Origin: Mycobacterium sp.
GTDB lineage: Bacteria; Actinomycetota; Actinomycetes; Mycobacteriales; Mycobacteriaceae
Direction: 5' to 3' (one strand)
Length of the DNA stretch: 57,655 nt
Assembly (NCBI GenBank): GCA_032161845.1
Contig: JAVRQA010000526.1
Shown here: positions 1 through 9,619 of the stretch, one piece after another
Numbering within the stretch: the stretch's first letter is position 1
Layout: every line of letters begins with the position of its first letter
Position numbers and translations under genes: made by a program
The notes under the pieces: model-generated
What the model saw: only the letters and a program-made list of their open reading frames with translations
Databases searched by the model: none
Told to the model about the DNA's origin: nothing

Positions 1-161
1 ACTAAGTTAGCGATTTACACCGTACCGCCTCGAGCGTGCCCTTGGTCATCGTTTGCGCCATCAAAGGTGTGTCGCCGACGATGGGCGACCTACCATGGCC
101 GATACGGTAAGACCTTCAGGAATGGGCGGTCGCACGAGCGACGGATCGAGGAGAGGCCGAC

Positions 162-1388
162 GTGATCAAAGTGATGGAGGGCGTCCGCGTCCTCGAAGTG
201 GCTCAGTTCACGTTCGTCCCGGCTGCGGGGGCAATCCTCGCGGACTGGGGAGCCGACGTGATCAAGGTCGAGCATCCCGTTCGCGGTGACACCCAGCGTG
301 GGTTCATCAACATGGGTGGTCTCCAGCTCGACCCGAACCGCCACCCGTTGATCGAACATCCGAATCGGGGGAAGCGCAGCGTCGGCATCGACGTGTCCAC
401 GGCGGAAGGCCAGGAGGTTCTCTACGAGATCGCCAAGACCTCCGACGTGTTCCTGACCAACTTCATGCCAGGGGTTCGGCAGCGGCACAAGTTCGACGTC
501 GAGCACATCAGGGCGGCGAACCCGAACATCATCTATGCCCGCGGAAGCGCCTACGGCGACAAAGGTGTCGAGCGTGACGTCGGCGGTTTCGATGGCACCG
601 CGTTCTGGACGAGAAGCGGTGTCGGCCATGCCCTGACGCCAGCGGAACTCGGCGGGGCGCTCCCGCAGGGCATCCCGGCCTTCGGAGACTCGATCGGCGG
701 GATGAACATAGCAGGCGGGATCTCGGCCGCCCTCTTCCATCGCGAACGCACCGGGGAGACGGCCGAAATCGACGTGTCACTGTTGAGCACCGCGTGGTGG
801 GCGGCCGGCGCGAGCGTCACTCAGGGCATGGAGACGGGTGAGACGATGCGGTCGGTGATGCCGAATTCCGCTGGTCCGTCGGTGAATCCGTTTCTTGGCA
901 ACTACGAGACATCCGACGGCGGCACCATCAATCTGTGCATCGTCAGTCCGACCGGCTACATTCGGGACGCCTTCGAGCATCTCGGCCTTGCCGAGGCAGC
1001 TGATGACCCGCGTTTCCGGGACGTCATGCCCCTCATCGAGAACGCGGACGCCGCTGCCGAGTTGGTCAGGCAGGCGATCCGCAGCAAGCCCTTCGCGTAT
1101 TGGCGCGAGCACCTCAAGACCATGAAGGGCCAGTGGGCACCCTTCCAGAGCCTCGTCGACCTCGGTTCTGACGAGCAGGCCATCGCCAACGACATGATCG
1201 TCGAGGTGGAGGCCGCCGACGGAGGCGCACCGTTCAAGGTCGTTCGGGGCCCGGTTCAGTTCAATCACGAACCGTTGCAGACGACGCGCGCCCCGCAGGC
1301 ATCGGAGCACACCGAGGTGGTGCTGATGGAGGTCGGCATCGACTGGGACCGCATCGAGCAGCTCAAGGACTCCGGCGCAATCGCCTGA
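162..1388 (+). CDS. CaiB/BaiF family (class III) CoA-transferase
   Basis: 408 aa; GVRVLE..AGAILADWGADVIKVE and NRGKRS family motifs; candidate catalytic Asp in AFGD; purine-rich SD GAGGAGAGG upstream of GTG. Confidence 0.9.
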   Translation: MIKVMEGVRVLEVAQFTFVPAAGAILADWGADVIKVEHPVRGDTQRGFINMGGLQLDPNRHPLIEHPNRGKRSVGIDVSTAEGQEVLYEIAKTSDVFLTNFMPGVRQRHKFDVEHIRAANPNIIYARGSAYGDKGVERDVGGFDGTAFWTRSGVGHALTPAELGGALPQGIPAFGDSIGGMNIAGGISAALFHRERTGETAEIDVSLLSTAWWAAGASVTQGMETGETMRSVMPNSAGPSVNPFLGNYETSDGGTINLCIVSPTGYIRDAFEHLGLAEAADDPRFRDVMPLIENADAAAELVRQAIRSKPFAYWREHLKTMKGQWAPFQSLVDLGSDEQAIANDMIVEVEAADGGAPFKVVRGPVQFNHEPLQTTRAPQASEHTEVVLMEVGIDWDRIEQLKDSGAIA

Positions 1389-1389
1389 G

Positions 1390-1413
1390 TTACACGCGGC
1401 GACAGGTATGTAA
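1390..1413. promoter_or_regulatory. Candidate TetR operator TTACA-N14-TGTAA
   Basis: Perfect 5-bp inverted arms filling the gap between the CoA-transferase stop and the hydrolase ATG; same spacing recurs at 2863-2886. Confidence 0.55.
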
Positions 1414-2295
1414 ATGAAAACGAGTACCGCGGGCTCGCCGGAACGTATCGTCGGGCGGGTGACGATGCACGATCCGACGTTCGGGGACGTCGACGACACC
1501 TCGAGGCCGCTGGCGGTGCTCGTGCACGGGTTTCCGGACACCCCGCACACCTGGCGACACCTGGGTCCCGTCCTCGCCGACGCCGGCTACCGGGTGGTGG
1601 CTACGTGGCTGCCCGGTTACCGAACGGCGGCGTCGGGTCCGGTCAGCGTCGGCACCTACGTCCGCCACGTTCTTGACGTTCGGAATTCGTTCGGCGGCGA
1701 TGACCGCGCGGTTTTGGTCGGTCACGACTGGGGAGCCAACGCCGGGTACGGTGCGGTGGTCAGCGACCCGACCGCCTTTCGTCGGTTCGTCGCGCTCGCG
1801 GTGCCGCCGACCGCCGCGCTTGGTTCGGGTCTGTTCGGCTACCGGCAGCTCAAGCGATCGTTCTACATCTGGTTCAGCCAGCAGGTCGGCCTTGCTGAAT
1901 CCGCATTCCTTGAGCCAGGATTCTGGGAAGGGCTTTGGGCCGATTGGTCACCAGGATATGAACCAGAACAAGATATTTCGGTGTTGCGAGAGTACGTCGA
2001 TGAGCGCACCATCGGCGGCGTGCTCGGTCCGTATCGCGCCGCGTTCAATCCGCAGTTCGTCGACCACGCCGCCGTCGAGGACGCGATGGCCACGTTCGAG
2101 AAACCGCCGGTGCCGACCTACTACCTGCACGGATCCCAGGACGGCGCCATCGGTGCGGAATTGCTCGGCGACGTCGCCGACCACCTGACCGCACCGGGAT
2201 CGGTGTTCGAACTAGTCGACGGTGTTGGGCACTTCCTTCATCTGGAGCGCCCAGGCGTCATCGGGTCGAAGATCGTTGCCTGGCTTGCCGATTGA
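1414..2295 (+). CDS. Alpha/beta hydrolase, epoxide hydrolase/haloalkane dehalogenase-like
   Basis: HGFP oxyanion motif, GHDWG Asp-nucleophile elbow, C-terminal GHFLHLE; start could be 1414 or a downstream Met. Confidence 0.85.
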   Translation: MKTSTAGSPERIVGRVTMHDPTFGDVDDTSRPLAVLVHGFPDTPHTWRHLGPVLADAGYRVVATWLPGYRTAASGPVSVGTYVRHVLDVRNSFGGDDRAVLVGHDWGANAGYGAVVSDPTAFRRFVALAVPPTAALGSGLFGYRQLKRSFYIWFSQQVGLAESAFLEPGFWEGLWADWSPGYEPEQDISVLREYVDERTIGGVLGPYRAAFNPQFVDHAAVEDAMATFEKPPVPTYYLHGSQDGAIGAELLGDVADHLTAPGSVFELVDGVGHFLHLERPGVIGSKIVAWLAD

Positions 2296-2841
2296 GGGCC
2301 GCGGCGCTGCACCTCGCCGCGGGTAGGGGGCCAAGCCGGCGGCGTGGCGCAGCTCGGCGAGGAAGCTGGTTCGGTCGTGGCCCCTGACCAGGTAGTGACA
2401 GACTGCGATGCGCACCACGGCCGCGGCCGCGACCTCGGGGTTCTCGCCAGTCATGATGTGGCGCATGCCTTCCTGCATGATTGGCAGCACGCGCTTCATC
2501 TGCGCCAACGAATACTCGGGTTCCATGTCGACCAGTACGGCGAGTGAATGCGAGAACTGGTGGTCAACGATGAACTGCAGCGCCGCATCGACCCGATCCG
2601 GACCCCGAAGGCCTGCGGTGGCAGCCGCGACCCCGGCATTGAAGTTGTCCTGTTCGTAGAGGGCAAACGCTTCGAGTAGGCCTTCCTTGGACCCGAAGTA
2701 CCGATACACCGTCGGTCGTGACACCCGGGCCTCGGCGGCCACCTCGAGCAACTGAAGCTTCTTGCGCCCGGTGCGCGACACCACGACGAGGGTGGCGTCG
2801 AGGATGCGCCTCCGCAGCGACTGCTCGGCCTCGGCCGTCAT
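2212..2841 (-). CDS. TetR/AcrR family regulator
   Basis: N-terminal HTH ILDAT..VAAEARVSRPTVYRYFGSKEGLL; 3' end overlaps the convergent hydrolase gene by 84 nt. Confidence 0.9.
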   Translation of the reverse strand: MTAEAEQSLRRRILDATLVVVSRTGRKKLQLLEVAAEARVSRPTVYRYFGSKEGLLEAFALYEQDNFNAGVAAATAGLRGPDRVDAALQFIVDHQFSHSLAVLVDMEPEYSLAQMKRVLPIMQEGMRHIMTGENPEVAAAAVVRIAVCHYLVRGHDRTSFLAELRHAAGLAPYPRRGAAPRPSIGKPGNDLRPDDAWALQMKEVPNTVD

Positions 2842-2862
2842 GGTGACGCCCCCTCATCTGCT

Positions 2863-2886
2863 TTACACGGATGCACCAAAATGTCA
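2863..2886. promoter_or_regulatory. Candidate TetR operator TTACA-N14-TGTCA
   Basis: In the divergent gap between TetR and the downstream operon; abuts a CACACT -10-like hexamer (2885-2890). Confidence 0.55.
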
Positions 2887-2954
2887 CACTGATCGTACGC
2901 AGTGACCCGGTTCCCAATCAACACCGAGAACATTGGGATGGACGAAGGCGACCG

Positions 2955-3884
2955 ATGACGGACCTGGTGGTACGCAAGATTCGTTGGGATTTCGACGACA
3001 CCGTGCCCTTCATGTGGCAGCCCAACAACCCGAACTTCGGCATCTTCTGCAACGTCTTCACGTTCATCGCCGTGCCATTCGAGCGCTACCTCATCAAGGC
3101 GTTGCGGCAGGCGCAGGACAGGTTCGACGAAACACCGGAGATCGCTGCCGAGGCGGACGCGTTCCTGCGCCAGGAGGGGCAGCACGCGGCGGCGCACCGT
3201 AAGCACATGACGGCTCTGGTGGCGCGCTACCCCGGCTTGGAGCGCGCGTACGAGGACGCCACCCGTGCGTTCGACAAGCTCATCGACGAGCATCCCGTCG
3301 AGTTCCACGCCGCTTACATCGCCAATCTCGAAGCGACCTTCACGCCGTTGTTCAAAGTCGTGCTCGACAACCGGGATTCGCTGTTCGCGGGGTCGGACCA
3401 ACGGGTTGCCTCGTTGATGACATGGCATTTCGTCGAGGAGATCGAGCATCGGAGTTCGGGGCTCATCCTGTATCGGCATCTCAACCCCGATCCCTGGTAT
3501 CGCGTCAAGAGGGTTCGTGACACGTTTCGGCACATCGGTGACGTCGCGGCCGAGATCGCAAGAACCATCGACGAAGTCGTGCCCTTCGCCGACCGTGGTG
3601 CCTCGGCGCAAGACCTGATGTCCATCGCGCTGCTCGTCGACGAATTCAAGTACCGCGGGCCAGGGGGTGGCCGCCGCCGGGCTCGCCGCGCCGGCTGCCC
3701 GACGCTGTTCAGCTCGGTGCCCACGGGCGATCTGGCGAAGATGGTGTGGCGGTTGGCGTTGTCGCAGGCGCCGAATCACGATCCCGGCCATCAGCCGCTT
3801 CCCGATTGGGCGGACACCTGGATGGCGGCGTACGCCAACGGCACCGACATGACGACGTTCGCAGCGGGTTCGGGAAATCGGTGA
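2955..3884 (+). CDS. Predicted metal-dependent hydrolase family (ferritin-like fold, ExxH motifs)
   Basis: LVVRK.RWDF N-terminus, FERY, QEGQHAAAH and WHFVEEIEH motifs; start placed at ATG 2955 after GAAGG. Confidence 0.75.
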   Translation: MTDLVVRKIRWDFDDTVPFMWQPNNPNFGIFCNVFTFIAVPFERYLIKALRQAQDRFDETPEIAAEADAFLRQEGQHAAAHRKHMTALVARYPGLERAYEDATRAFDKLIDEHPVEFHAAYIANLEATFTPLFKVVLDNRDSLFAGSDQRVASLMTWHFVEEIEHRSSGLILYRHLNPDPWYRVKRVRDTFRHIGDVAAEIARTIDEVVPFADRGASAQDLMSIALLVDEFKYRGPGGGRRRARRAGCPTLFSSVPTGDLAKMVWRLALSQAPNHDPGHQPLPDWADTWMAAYANGTDMTTFAAGSGNR

Positions 3885-5362
3885 GCCGACCGAGGAAGCC
3901 GACGGTGGCGGTGATCGGCGGCGGCCCCGGTGGCATCGCAATGGGAGTCAAACTGGCTGAGGACGGCTACGACTTCACCATCTTCGAAGGGGCGGACGGC
4001 TTCGGCGGGACATGGCGCAAGAACACCTACCCGGGAGCGGCGTGCGACGTGCCTTCGCACTTCTACTCATTCTCGTTCGCGCTCAATCCCCGGTGGAGCA
4101 AGACGTACGCGAATCAACCCGAGATCCTGGCCTATCTCGAGCGAGTGGCATCCGAGTGTGGGCTGGACGACCATCTGATCGCGAATACCCGGGTGACGTC
4201 GCTCGAATGGTCGGACGCCGATCGGCGGTGGAGCATCCGCACCGAACGCGGTGCGACCGTCCAGTTCGACGTCGTCGTCAGCGCCGTCGGCATGCTCGAC
4301 GTGCCGAACGTTCCTGACATCCCCTGCGTCGACCGCTTCCGCGGACGCGCCTTCCACTCCTCGGAGTGGGACCACTCCAAATCCATTGCCGGCGAACGCG
4401 TCGCGTCGATCGGGACCGGGGCCAGCGCGATCCAATACGTGCCGGAGATCGCCGCCGAAGCCGAACATCTCACCGTCTTCCAACGGACCCCGATCTGGGT
4501 GTCGCCACGGTTCGACGAACCGTTCACCCCTGAGCAGCAGGAGATCTTCGAGCGAGATCCCCTGGAAGCGCGCAAGATCCGCGATGCCGCCTTTGACCAG
4601 TACGAGCTGATCAACTTCGCCGAGGACGGTCAGCAGACCACGGAGGCCACGGACCGAGCGCGTGAGTACCTCCGCCGCAAGATCGCCGATCACGAACTCC
4701 GTGCCAAACTCACCCCCTCCTACCCGGTCGGCTGCAAGCGCCCGCTGTTGTCCCGAACCTGGTTTCCGACGTTCACCCGTCAGAACGTGACGCTGGAGAC
4801 CTCGCCGATCGTCGAATTCACCGAACGCGGTCTGCGTACGGCCGACGGCGCCGAGCACGTCGTCGACACCGTCGTGTACGGCACGGGTTTCAAGGCCGCG
4901 AGCTACCTCGGCAGTCTCGACGTGCACGGTCGAGCGGGTGCGCGGCTGCACGACGATTGGCGTCATGGCGCCGAGGCGTATCTGGGCACCGTGATTCCGG
5001 GCTATCCCAACCTGTTCACCCTGTACGGGCCGAACACCAACGGGGTGACGTCGATCATTTACATCCTCGAGGCGCAGACGCGGTACGTCGGCGGACTTCT
5101 CGACGCCATGAGTCAATGCGGACTCGACACGGTCGAAGTCAGACGCGACGTGCACGACGGCTACAACGCCGAGATCCAATCGGCGATGGATGGCACCGTC
5201 TGGCTGGCCAACTGCAACAACTACTACCGACACCCCAATGGGAAGGTCGTCACCCAATTTCCCTACAGCGGAAAGACGTTCGCGCAGCGGCTCCACGACG
5301 TCCGTCTCGACGACTACCAGGTGACCTCGTGGGTCGATGACCACCGGGAGGTCCTGCAATGA
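3881..5362 (+). CDS. Flavin-containing Baeyer-Villiger-type monooxygenase
   Basis: GGGPGG and GTGASA Rossmann motifs, GGTW..NTYPGAACD, fingerprint FRGRAFHSSEWD; GTGA overlap with upstream stop. Confidence 0.92.
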   Translation: MSRPRKPTVAVIGGGPGGIAMGVKLAEDGYDFTIFEGADGFGGTWRKNTYPGAACDVPSHFYSFSFALNPRWSKTYANQPEILAYLERVASECGLDDHLIANTRVTSLEWSDADRRWSIRTERGATVQFDVVVSAVGMLDVPNVPDIPCVDRFRGRAFHSSEWDHSKSIAGERVASIGTGASAIQYVPEIAAEAEHLTVFQRTPIWVSPRFDEPFTPEQQEIFERDPLEARKIRDAAFDQYELINFAEDGQQTTEATDRAREYLRRKIADHELRAKLTPSYPVGCKRPLLSRTWFPTFTRQNVTLETSPIVEFTERGLRTADGAEHVVDTVVYGTGFKAASYLGSLDVHGRAGARLHDDWRHGAEAYLGTVIPGYPNLFTLYGPNTNGVTSIIYILEAQTRYVGGLLDAMSQCGLDTVEVRRDVHDGYNAEIQSAMDGTVWLANCNNYYRHPNGKVVTQFPYSGKTFAQRLHDVRLDDYQVTSWVDDHREVLQ

Positions 5363-5805
5363 GGCGCGGAGTTCACCATTCGGCGATCGTGACGTCCGAC
5401 GTCGACCTCTCGCTGCGCTTCTGGCGTGACGGCATCGGCCTCGTCGAGATGCTGGACCACACGTTCAGCGGTGACTGGCCGACGTTGTTCGGCGCGGCCA
5501 CCGACGTCCTCCGATCGGTCTTCCTCGGTGACCCGGAACATCCCGACTCGGGCATCGTCGAACTCGTCTCCTTCGACGGGGTCGACGGCACGCCGTCCGG
5601 CTCAGACCAAGAACCCCGACCGGGATTCTTCCTCCTGTCGCTGGAACGTGACGTCGACGCCACCCTGGCCACCCTGGCGGAACTCGGCTTCGCCGAAGGG
5701 GTCCGCCGCATCACGATGCCTGCACCGAAGGGCAAGACCGTCGCGATGGCGGTCATCACGGCCCCCGACGGGGTCCGCGTCGAGTTGATTGGAGCGCCCG
5801 AGTGA
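5359..5805 (+). CDS. VOC/glyoxalase family protein
   Basis: HHSAIVTSD..SLRFW, VEL and APDGVRVELI motifs; ATGA overlap. Confidence 0.85.
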   Translation: MRRGVHHSAIVTSDVDLSLRFWRDGIGLVEMLDHTFSGDWPTLFGAATDVLRSVFLGDPEHPDSGIVELVSFDGVDGTPSGSDQEPRPGFFLLSLERDVDATLATLAELGFAEGVRRITMPAPKGKTVAMAVITAPDGVRVELIGAPE

Positions 5806-6533
5806 GCACCGTCGTCGTCGGGGGAGCATCCGGGATCGGCAGTGCCGTGGTCGATCGTCTCCGAAGAGCTGGCCAGCAGGTGCTGGTTTGGGACCTGGTC
5901 GGCGGCGACATCGCCTGTGACATCAGCGAACCCGACTCGGTGACGACCGCGATGCTGCAGACGGTTTCATCGGCAGGTACGCCCGAGCGCTTCGTGACCT
6001 GTGCGGGAGTTGGCGCGTCCGGGCTGCTGTTGGAGCAGACCCCCGAGCGCTGGCGACGCGTTCTCGACGTCAACCTCACCGGCACCTGGCTCGCCATTCG
6101 GGCGGGCGCGCAAGCGATGATCGACGCGGGCATCGGCGGTTCCATCGTCGCGGTCTCGAGCATCAGTGGCACCCTCGCCGACCGCGACATGGGGGCGTAT
6201 TGCGTCTCCAAGGCGGGGATCGACATGCTCATCCGGGTGGCGGCCGCCGAGTGGGGCGGGCACGGAATCCGGGTCAACGCCGTCGGGCCCGGTGTCACAA
6301 GGACACCGATGCTGGCCAAGCCCGAACAGTTGCCCGGCTGGGTCGAGGGGCTGAGCGAGCGGACCGCCCTCGGGCGTCTCGGCGAGGCCGACGACGTCGC
6401 AGAGGTCATCACCAGCCTGCTCGACCTGTCGTGGGTGACCGGCCAGACGCTCTTCGCCGACGGCGGGTTGTCCCTGCAGAGCCCCATCGACGCATACGGC
6501 CAGGTGCAACGGCTGACGAGGCGGCACCAGTGA
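5802..6533 (+). CDS. Short-chain dehydrogenase/reductase
   Basis: GGASGIG, catalytic YCVSK (YxxxK), IRVNAVGPG; GTGA overlap. Confidence 0.9.
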   Translation: MSTVVVGGASGIGSAVVDRLRRAGQQVLVWDLVGGDIACDISEPDSVTTAMLQTVSSAGTPERFVTCAGVGASGLLLEQTPERWRRVLDVNLTGTWLAIRAGAQAMIDAGIGGSIVAVSSISGTLADRDMGAYCVSKAGIDMLIRVAAAEWGGHGIRVNAVGPGVTRTPMLAKPEQLPGWVEGLSERTALGRLGEADDVAEVITSLLDLSWVTGQTLFADGGLSLQSPIDAYGQVQRLTRRHQ

Positions 6534-6555
6534 CCTACTCGTCGGCACCTGAGGG

Positions 6556-7341
6556 CTACACGTCGGTGGCGATCGCGTTCGCCAGCAGCTTCGGGTCGTG
6601 CGCCGAGACGATCAGCAGCTCGGGGTCCCGACGCGCATATAGCTCAGCGAGCCGGGAATGGTTGTCGTGCATCGCTTTTCGGTCGAAGGCGACCATCGTC
6701 TCGGACAGCCTGAGTGCCAACGGGACTGGAGACCGACCGTCGAGCGTCCCCTCGTAGTAGAAGGCGTCGCCACAGTGCAGTACCCAGCGATGGCCGGCGT
6801 CGACAGCGACGCACGCGTGCCCACGGGAGTGCCCTGGCAGCGAGACCAGGACGATGCCGGGGGCGATCGCGTCGAGTTCCTTCGCGGCGGCGAAGCCACG
6901 CCACTTCTCGCCATCGGGTTCGTGCTCGACGATCTTGGGACCGTGCGCCCACTGCGCGGGCTGGAAGCGAAACTTCTCCATGCGGGTCGGCGGCCTCATC
7001 GCGCCGAGGGCTTCGGCTGCGGTGACGTGAACCTGGGCATCGGGGAAGTCGGCGAGACCACCGATGTGATCGATGTCGAAGTGCGTGGTGATGATGTGAC
7101 GGACGTCCTGACGGTGAAAACCGAGCGCCTCCACCTGACGTGCGGCCGTCTCCTCGATGACGAAGCGAGGCCTCAGTACGCGCCGTGACGGGCCGATCCG
7201 GCGCGGATCCGCGCAGTCCAGCAGGCCGAATCCCGAGTCGACGAGCACCAACCCGGCGTCGGACTCCACCAGAAGGACGTGGCAGACGATCGGGGTGCCC
7301 GGCGAATCCATCGTCCCACAGTTGAGGTGGTGCACCAACAT
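6556..7341 (-). CDS. Metallo-beta-lactamase fold hydrolase
   Basis: [10 protein letters not shown] (variant HxHxDH), PGHSRGH, GDA, C-terminal SAHD. Confidence 0.88.
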   Translation of the reverse strand: MLVHHLNCGTMDSPGTPIVCHVLLVESDAGLVLVDSGFGLLDCADPRRIGPSRRVLRPRFVIEETAARQVEALGFHRQDVRHIITTHFDIDHIGGLADFPDAQVHVTAAEALGAMRPPTRMEKFRFQPAQWAHGPKIVEHEPDGEKWRGFAAAKELDAIAPGIVLVSLPGHSRGHACVAVDAGHRWVLHCGDAFYYEGTLDGRSPVPLALRLSETMVAFDRKAMHDNHSRLAELYARRDPELLIVSAHDPKLLANAIATDV

Positions 7342-7395
7342 GTCTGGCCTCCCGATCGGCTCCCCAAGTGGATCGAGGGCAACGCTAGCGTGCGT

Positions 7396-9075
7396 TCACT
7401 GGCGCGGTCCACGGAGCAACGACGCGAGCGCGGCAAGCGCGGCCAAGATCGCCGACGCGACGAACACCACGGCCAGGCCGTGCTCGAACGGGGCGGCAAT
7501 CAGGTGGGGGAAGAACTCGCGGCCGGTGATCGTCTGCTGGTTCGCTGCGGGAAGCGCCCCGAGCGCACCGGTCGGTGCCAGCAGATGCTCCAACGGGTTG
7601 ACGCCGAGGATCGCCGAGAACAGGGTGGCGACCGGTGGCAGCGCACCGATGTCATGCGCAACGTTGGGTGGAATACCCTGCTGGACAAGACCGTTCGACA
7701 TCGCCGCGGGTAACCGGGTCGATAGGCCCGCGACCATCAGCGAGAAGAACACCCCGATCGACAGCGCCGTTCCCGAGTTCTGGAACGTGGCCCGCATGCC
7801 GGAGGCGACGCCGCGCTGCTCGGGCGGAACGCTGCTCATGATCGCGGAGGTGTTGGGCGCCGAGAACATGCCGCTGCCAATGCCGTTGGCCGCGATCAGA
7901 AGCGCGAACGCCCAATACGGAAAGTCGATGGGCAACATGAGAAGGCCGATGAACGTCGCGCCGAACAGCACCATGCCCGACGTCGCGATGCCGCGCGTTC
8001 CGAAACGGTCGGACAACGAGCCCGAAAGCGGGCCGGACACTAGGAAGCCCGCGGTCAACGGCAGAAGGAAGATGCCAGCCCACAGCGGGGTGTCGGCGTA
8101 GTCGTAACCGTGGAGCGGCAGCCAGATGCCCTGTAGCCAGATGATGAGCATGAACTGCATCCCGCCCTGAGCCAGCGACGCGGCCAGCGTGGCCGCGTTG
8201 CCCGCGGCGAATGCCCGGATCCGGAACAGTCCCAGCTGCACCATCGGCTCGGCCACTCGCGATTCGACGACGACGAAGGCGATCAGCAACAGAATCCCGG
8301 CGGCGAGGACGAATTGCACAATCGGGTTCTGCCACCCGGTGGGATGGCCGGCATGCGGCTGCAGTCCGAGGGTGATCGCCACCAGAATCGCGCTGAGCCC
8401 GATGGCGAACGTCGCGTTTCCCCACCAGTCGATCTTCCCGGGACGACGCCCGCCCGCGGGTTCGCGCAGCTTTCGGTACGCCCACACGGTCCCGAAGATT
8501 CCGACCGGAACGTTCACCCAGAACACCGCGCGCCAGTCCCATGCCGCGAGCAGCCCGCCTGCCACCAGGCCGATGAACTGACCACCGAGCGCGGCTACCT
8601 GGTTGAAGCCCAAGGCGAAACCTCGGCGCTCGGGCGGAAAGGCGTCGGTCAGGATGGCCGCCGAGTTGGCCGTCAGCATCGAGCCACCCGCGGCCTGGAG
8701 CACCCGCCATCCGATCAGCCAAGAGGCTGCCTGCCCTCCGCTGAAGGGATCGAACGACAACATGATCGACGCGAAGGTGAAGACGCTGAAACCCGAGTTG
8801 TAGATGCGGACGCGGCCGAACATGTCACCGAGCCGGCCGAGCGACACGACCAGCACGGACTGGACGAGGCGGTAGCCCATGATCATCCACAGGAGGTAGC
8901 CGATGTTCGACGGTGCCAGCGGGTCGAGATCAATGCCGCGGAAGATCGCAGGCAGCGAGATGATGACGATCGATCCGTCCAGTGCCGACATGAACACCGC
9001 AGCGGTGGTGTTGGTGAGAACCACCCACTTGTACCGGTCGGTCGTGGTGGGAGCGATCGTCGACGCATTCGTCAT
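7396..9075 (-). CDS. MFS drug:H+ antiporter (DHA2-type, about 14 TM)
   Basis: LDGSIV..SLP, motif A GRLGDMFGR, second GSLSDRFGTR, many hydrophobic segments. Confidence 0.9.
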   Translation of the reverse strand: MTNASTIAPTTTDRYKWVVLTNTTAAVFMSALDGSIVIISLPAIFRGIDLDPLAPSNIGYLLWMIMGYRLVQSVLVVSLGRLGDMFGRVRIYNSGFSVFTFASIMLSFDPFSGGQAASWLIGWRVLQAAGGSMLTANSAAILTDAFPPERRGFALGFNQVAALGGQFIGLVAGGLLAAWDWRAVFWVNVPVGIFGTVWAYRKLREPAGGRRPGKIDWWGNATFAIGLSAILVAITLGLQPHAGHPTGWQNPIVQFVLAAGILLLIAFVVVESRVAEPMVQLGLFRIRAFAAGNAATLAASLAQGGMQFMLIIWLQGIWLPLHGYDYADTPLWAGIFLLPLTAGFLVSGPLSGSLSDRFGTRGIATSGMVLFGATFIGLLMLPIDFPYWAFALLIAANGIGSGMFSAPNTSAIMSSVPPEQRGVASGMRATFQNSGTALSIGVFFSLMVAGLSTRLPAAMSNGLVQQGIPPNVAHDIGALPPVATLFSAILGVNPLEHLLAPTGALGALPAANQQTITGREFFPHLIAAPFEHGLAVVFVASAILAALAALASLLRGPRQ

Positions 9076-9504
9076 CTAGAGGCCGTCGGCCAATCGCTCA
9101 ATCAGGGGCGCCGCGGCCAGGAGTTGCTGCAGCTCGCCTTCGGTGAACCCGTCGAGAGCGGCGGCGAGCTGCTTGACCCTGGCGTCACGCCGCCTGTTCA
9201 CCGTCTGCTTCCCGGTGGCGGTCACCGACAGCACCACCCGACGTCCGTCCGCGGGGTCCGTGCTTCGCCTGACCAAGCCACGCTCCTCGAGCCTCGCGAG
9301 CGTGGCGCCCATCGACTGAGGGCTGATCTGCTCGACGCGCGCGAGCTCGGCAGACGTCGCGGGCCCGGTGCGTTCCAACCGGGCCAGCGCAGCGACCTCG
9401 GGAAACGTCAGTTCCCCAGGAGAGCCCGACGCACGCAGCCTGCGTCGCACCAGGCCAAGGCTGACGAAGAGCGCGCGGGCGGCGCGATCGCGATCTGAGA
9501 TCAT
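9076..9504 (-). CDS. MarR family regulator
   Basis: ELAR.EQISPQSMGATLARLEERGLVRRSTDPADGRR; start at ATG 9504, 7 nt after TAAGTT -10 (probably leaderless). Confidence 0.9.
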   Translation of the reverse strand: MISDRDRAARALFVSLGLVRRRLRASGSPGELTFPEVAALARLERTGPATSAELARVEQISPQSMGATLARLEERGLVRRSTDPADGRRVVLSVTATGKQTVNRRRDARVKQLAAALDGFTEGELQQLLAAAPLIERLADGL

Positions 9505-9530
9505 CAGTCCAAACTTATCAGTTTGGTCTG
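9505..9530. promoter_or_regulatory. Candidate MarR operator (CAG-T-CCAAACT-tatc-AGTTTGG-T-CTG) overlapping the -10
   Basis: 7-bp perfect inverted repeat with outer CAG/CTG arms immediately upstream of the marR ATG. Confidence 0.7.
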
Positions 9531-9619
9531 GGTGGTATGTACACGGCGGCCAGCGCGGTGCTGGGTGACTACTCCCGAGGTAATCGATTCCTTGCCAAGA
9601 GCACGGCACACTCGTCGTC

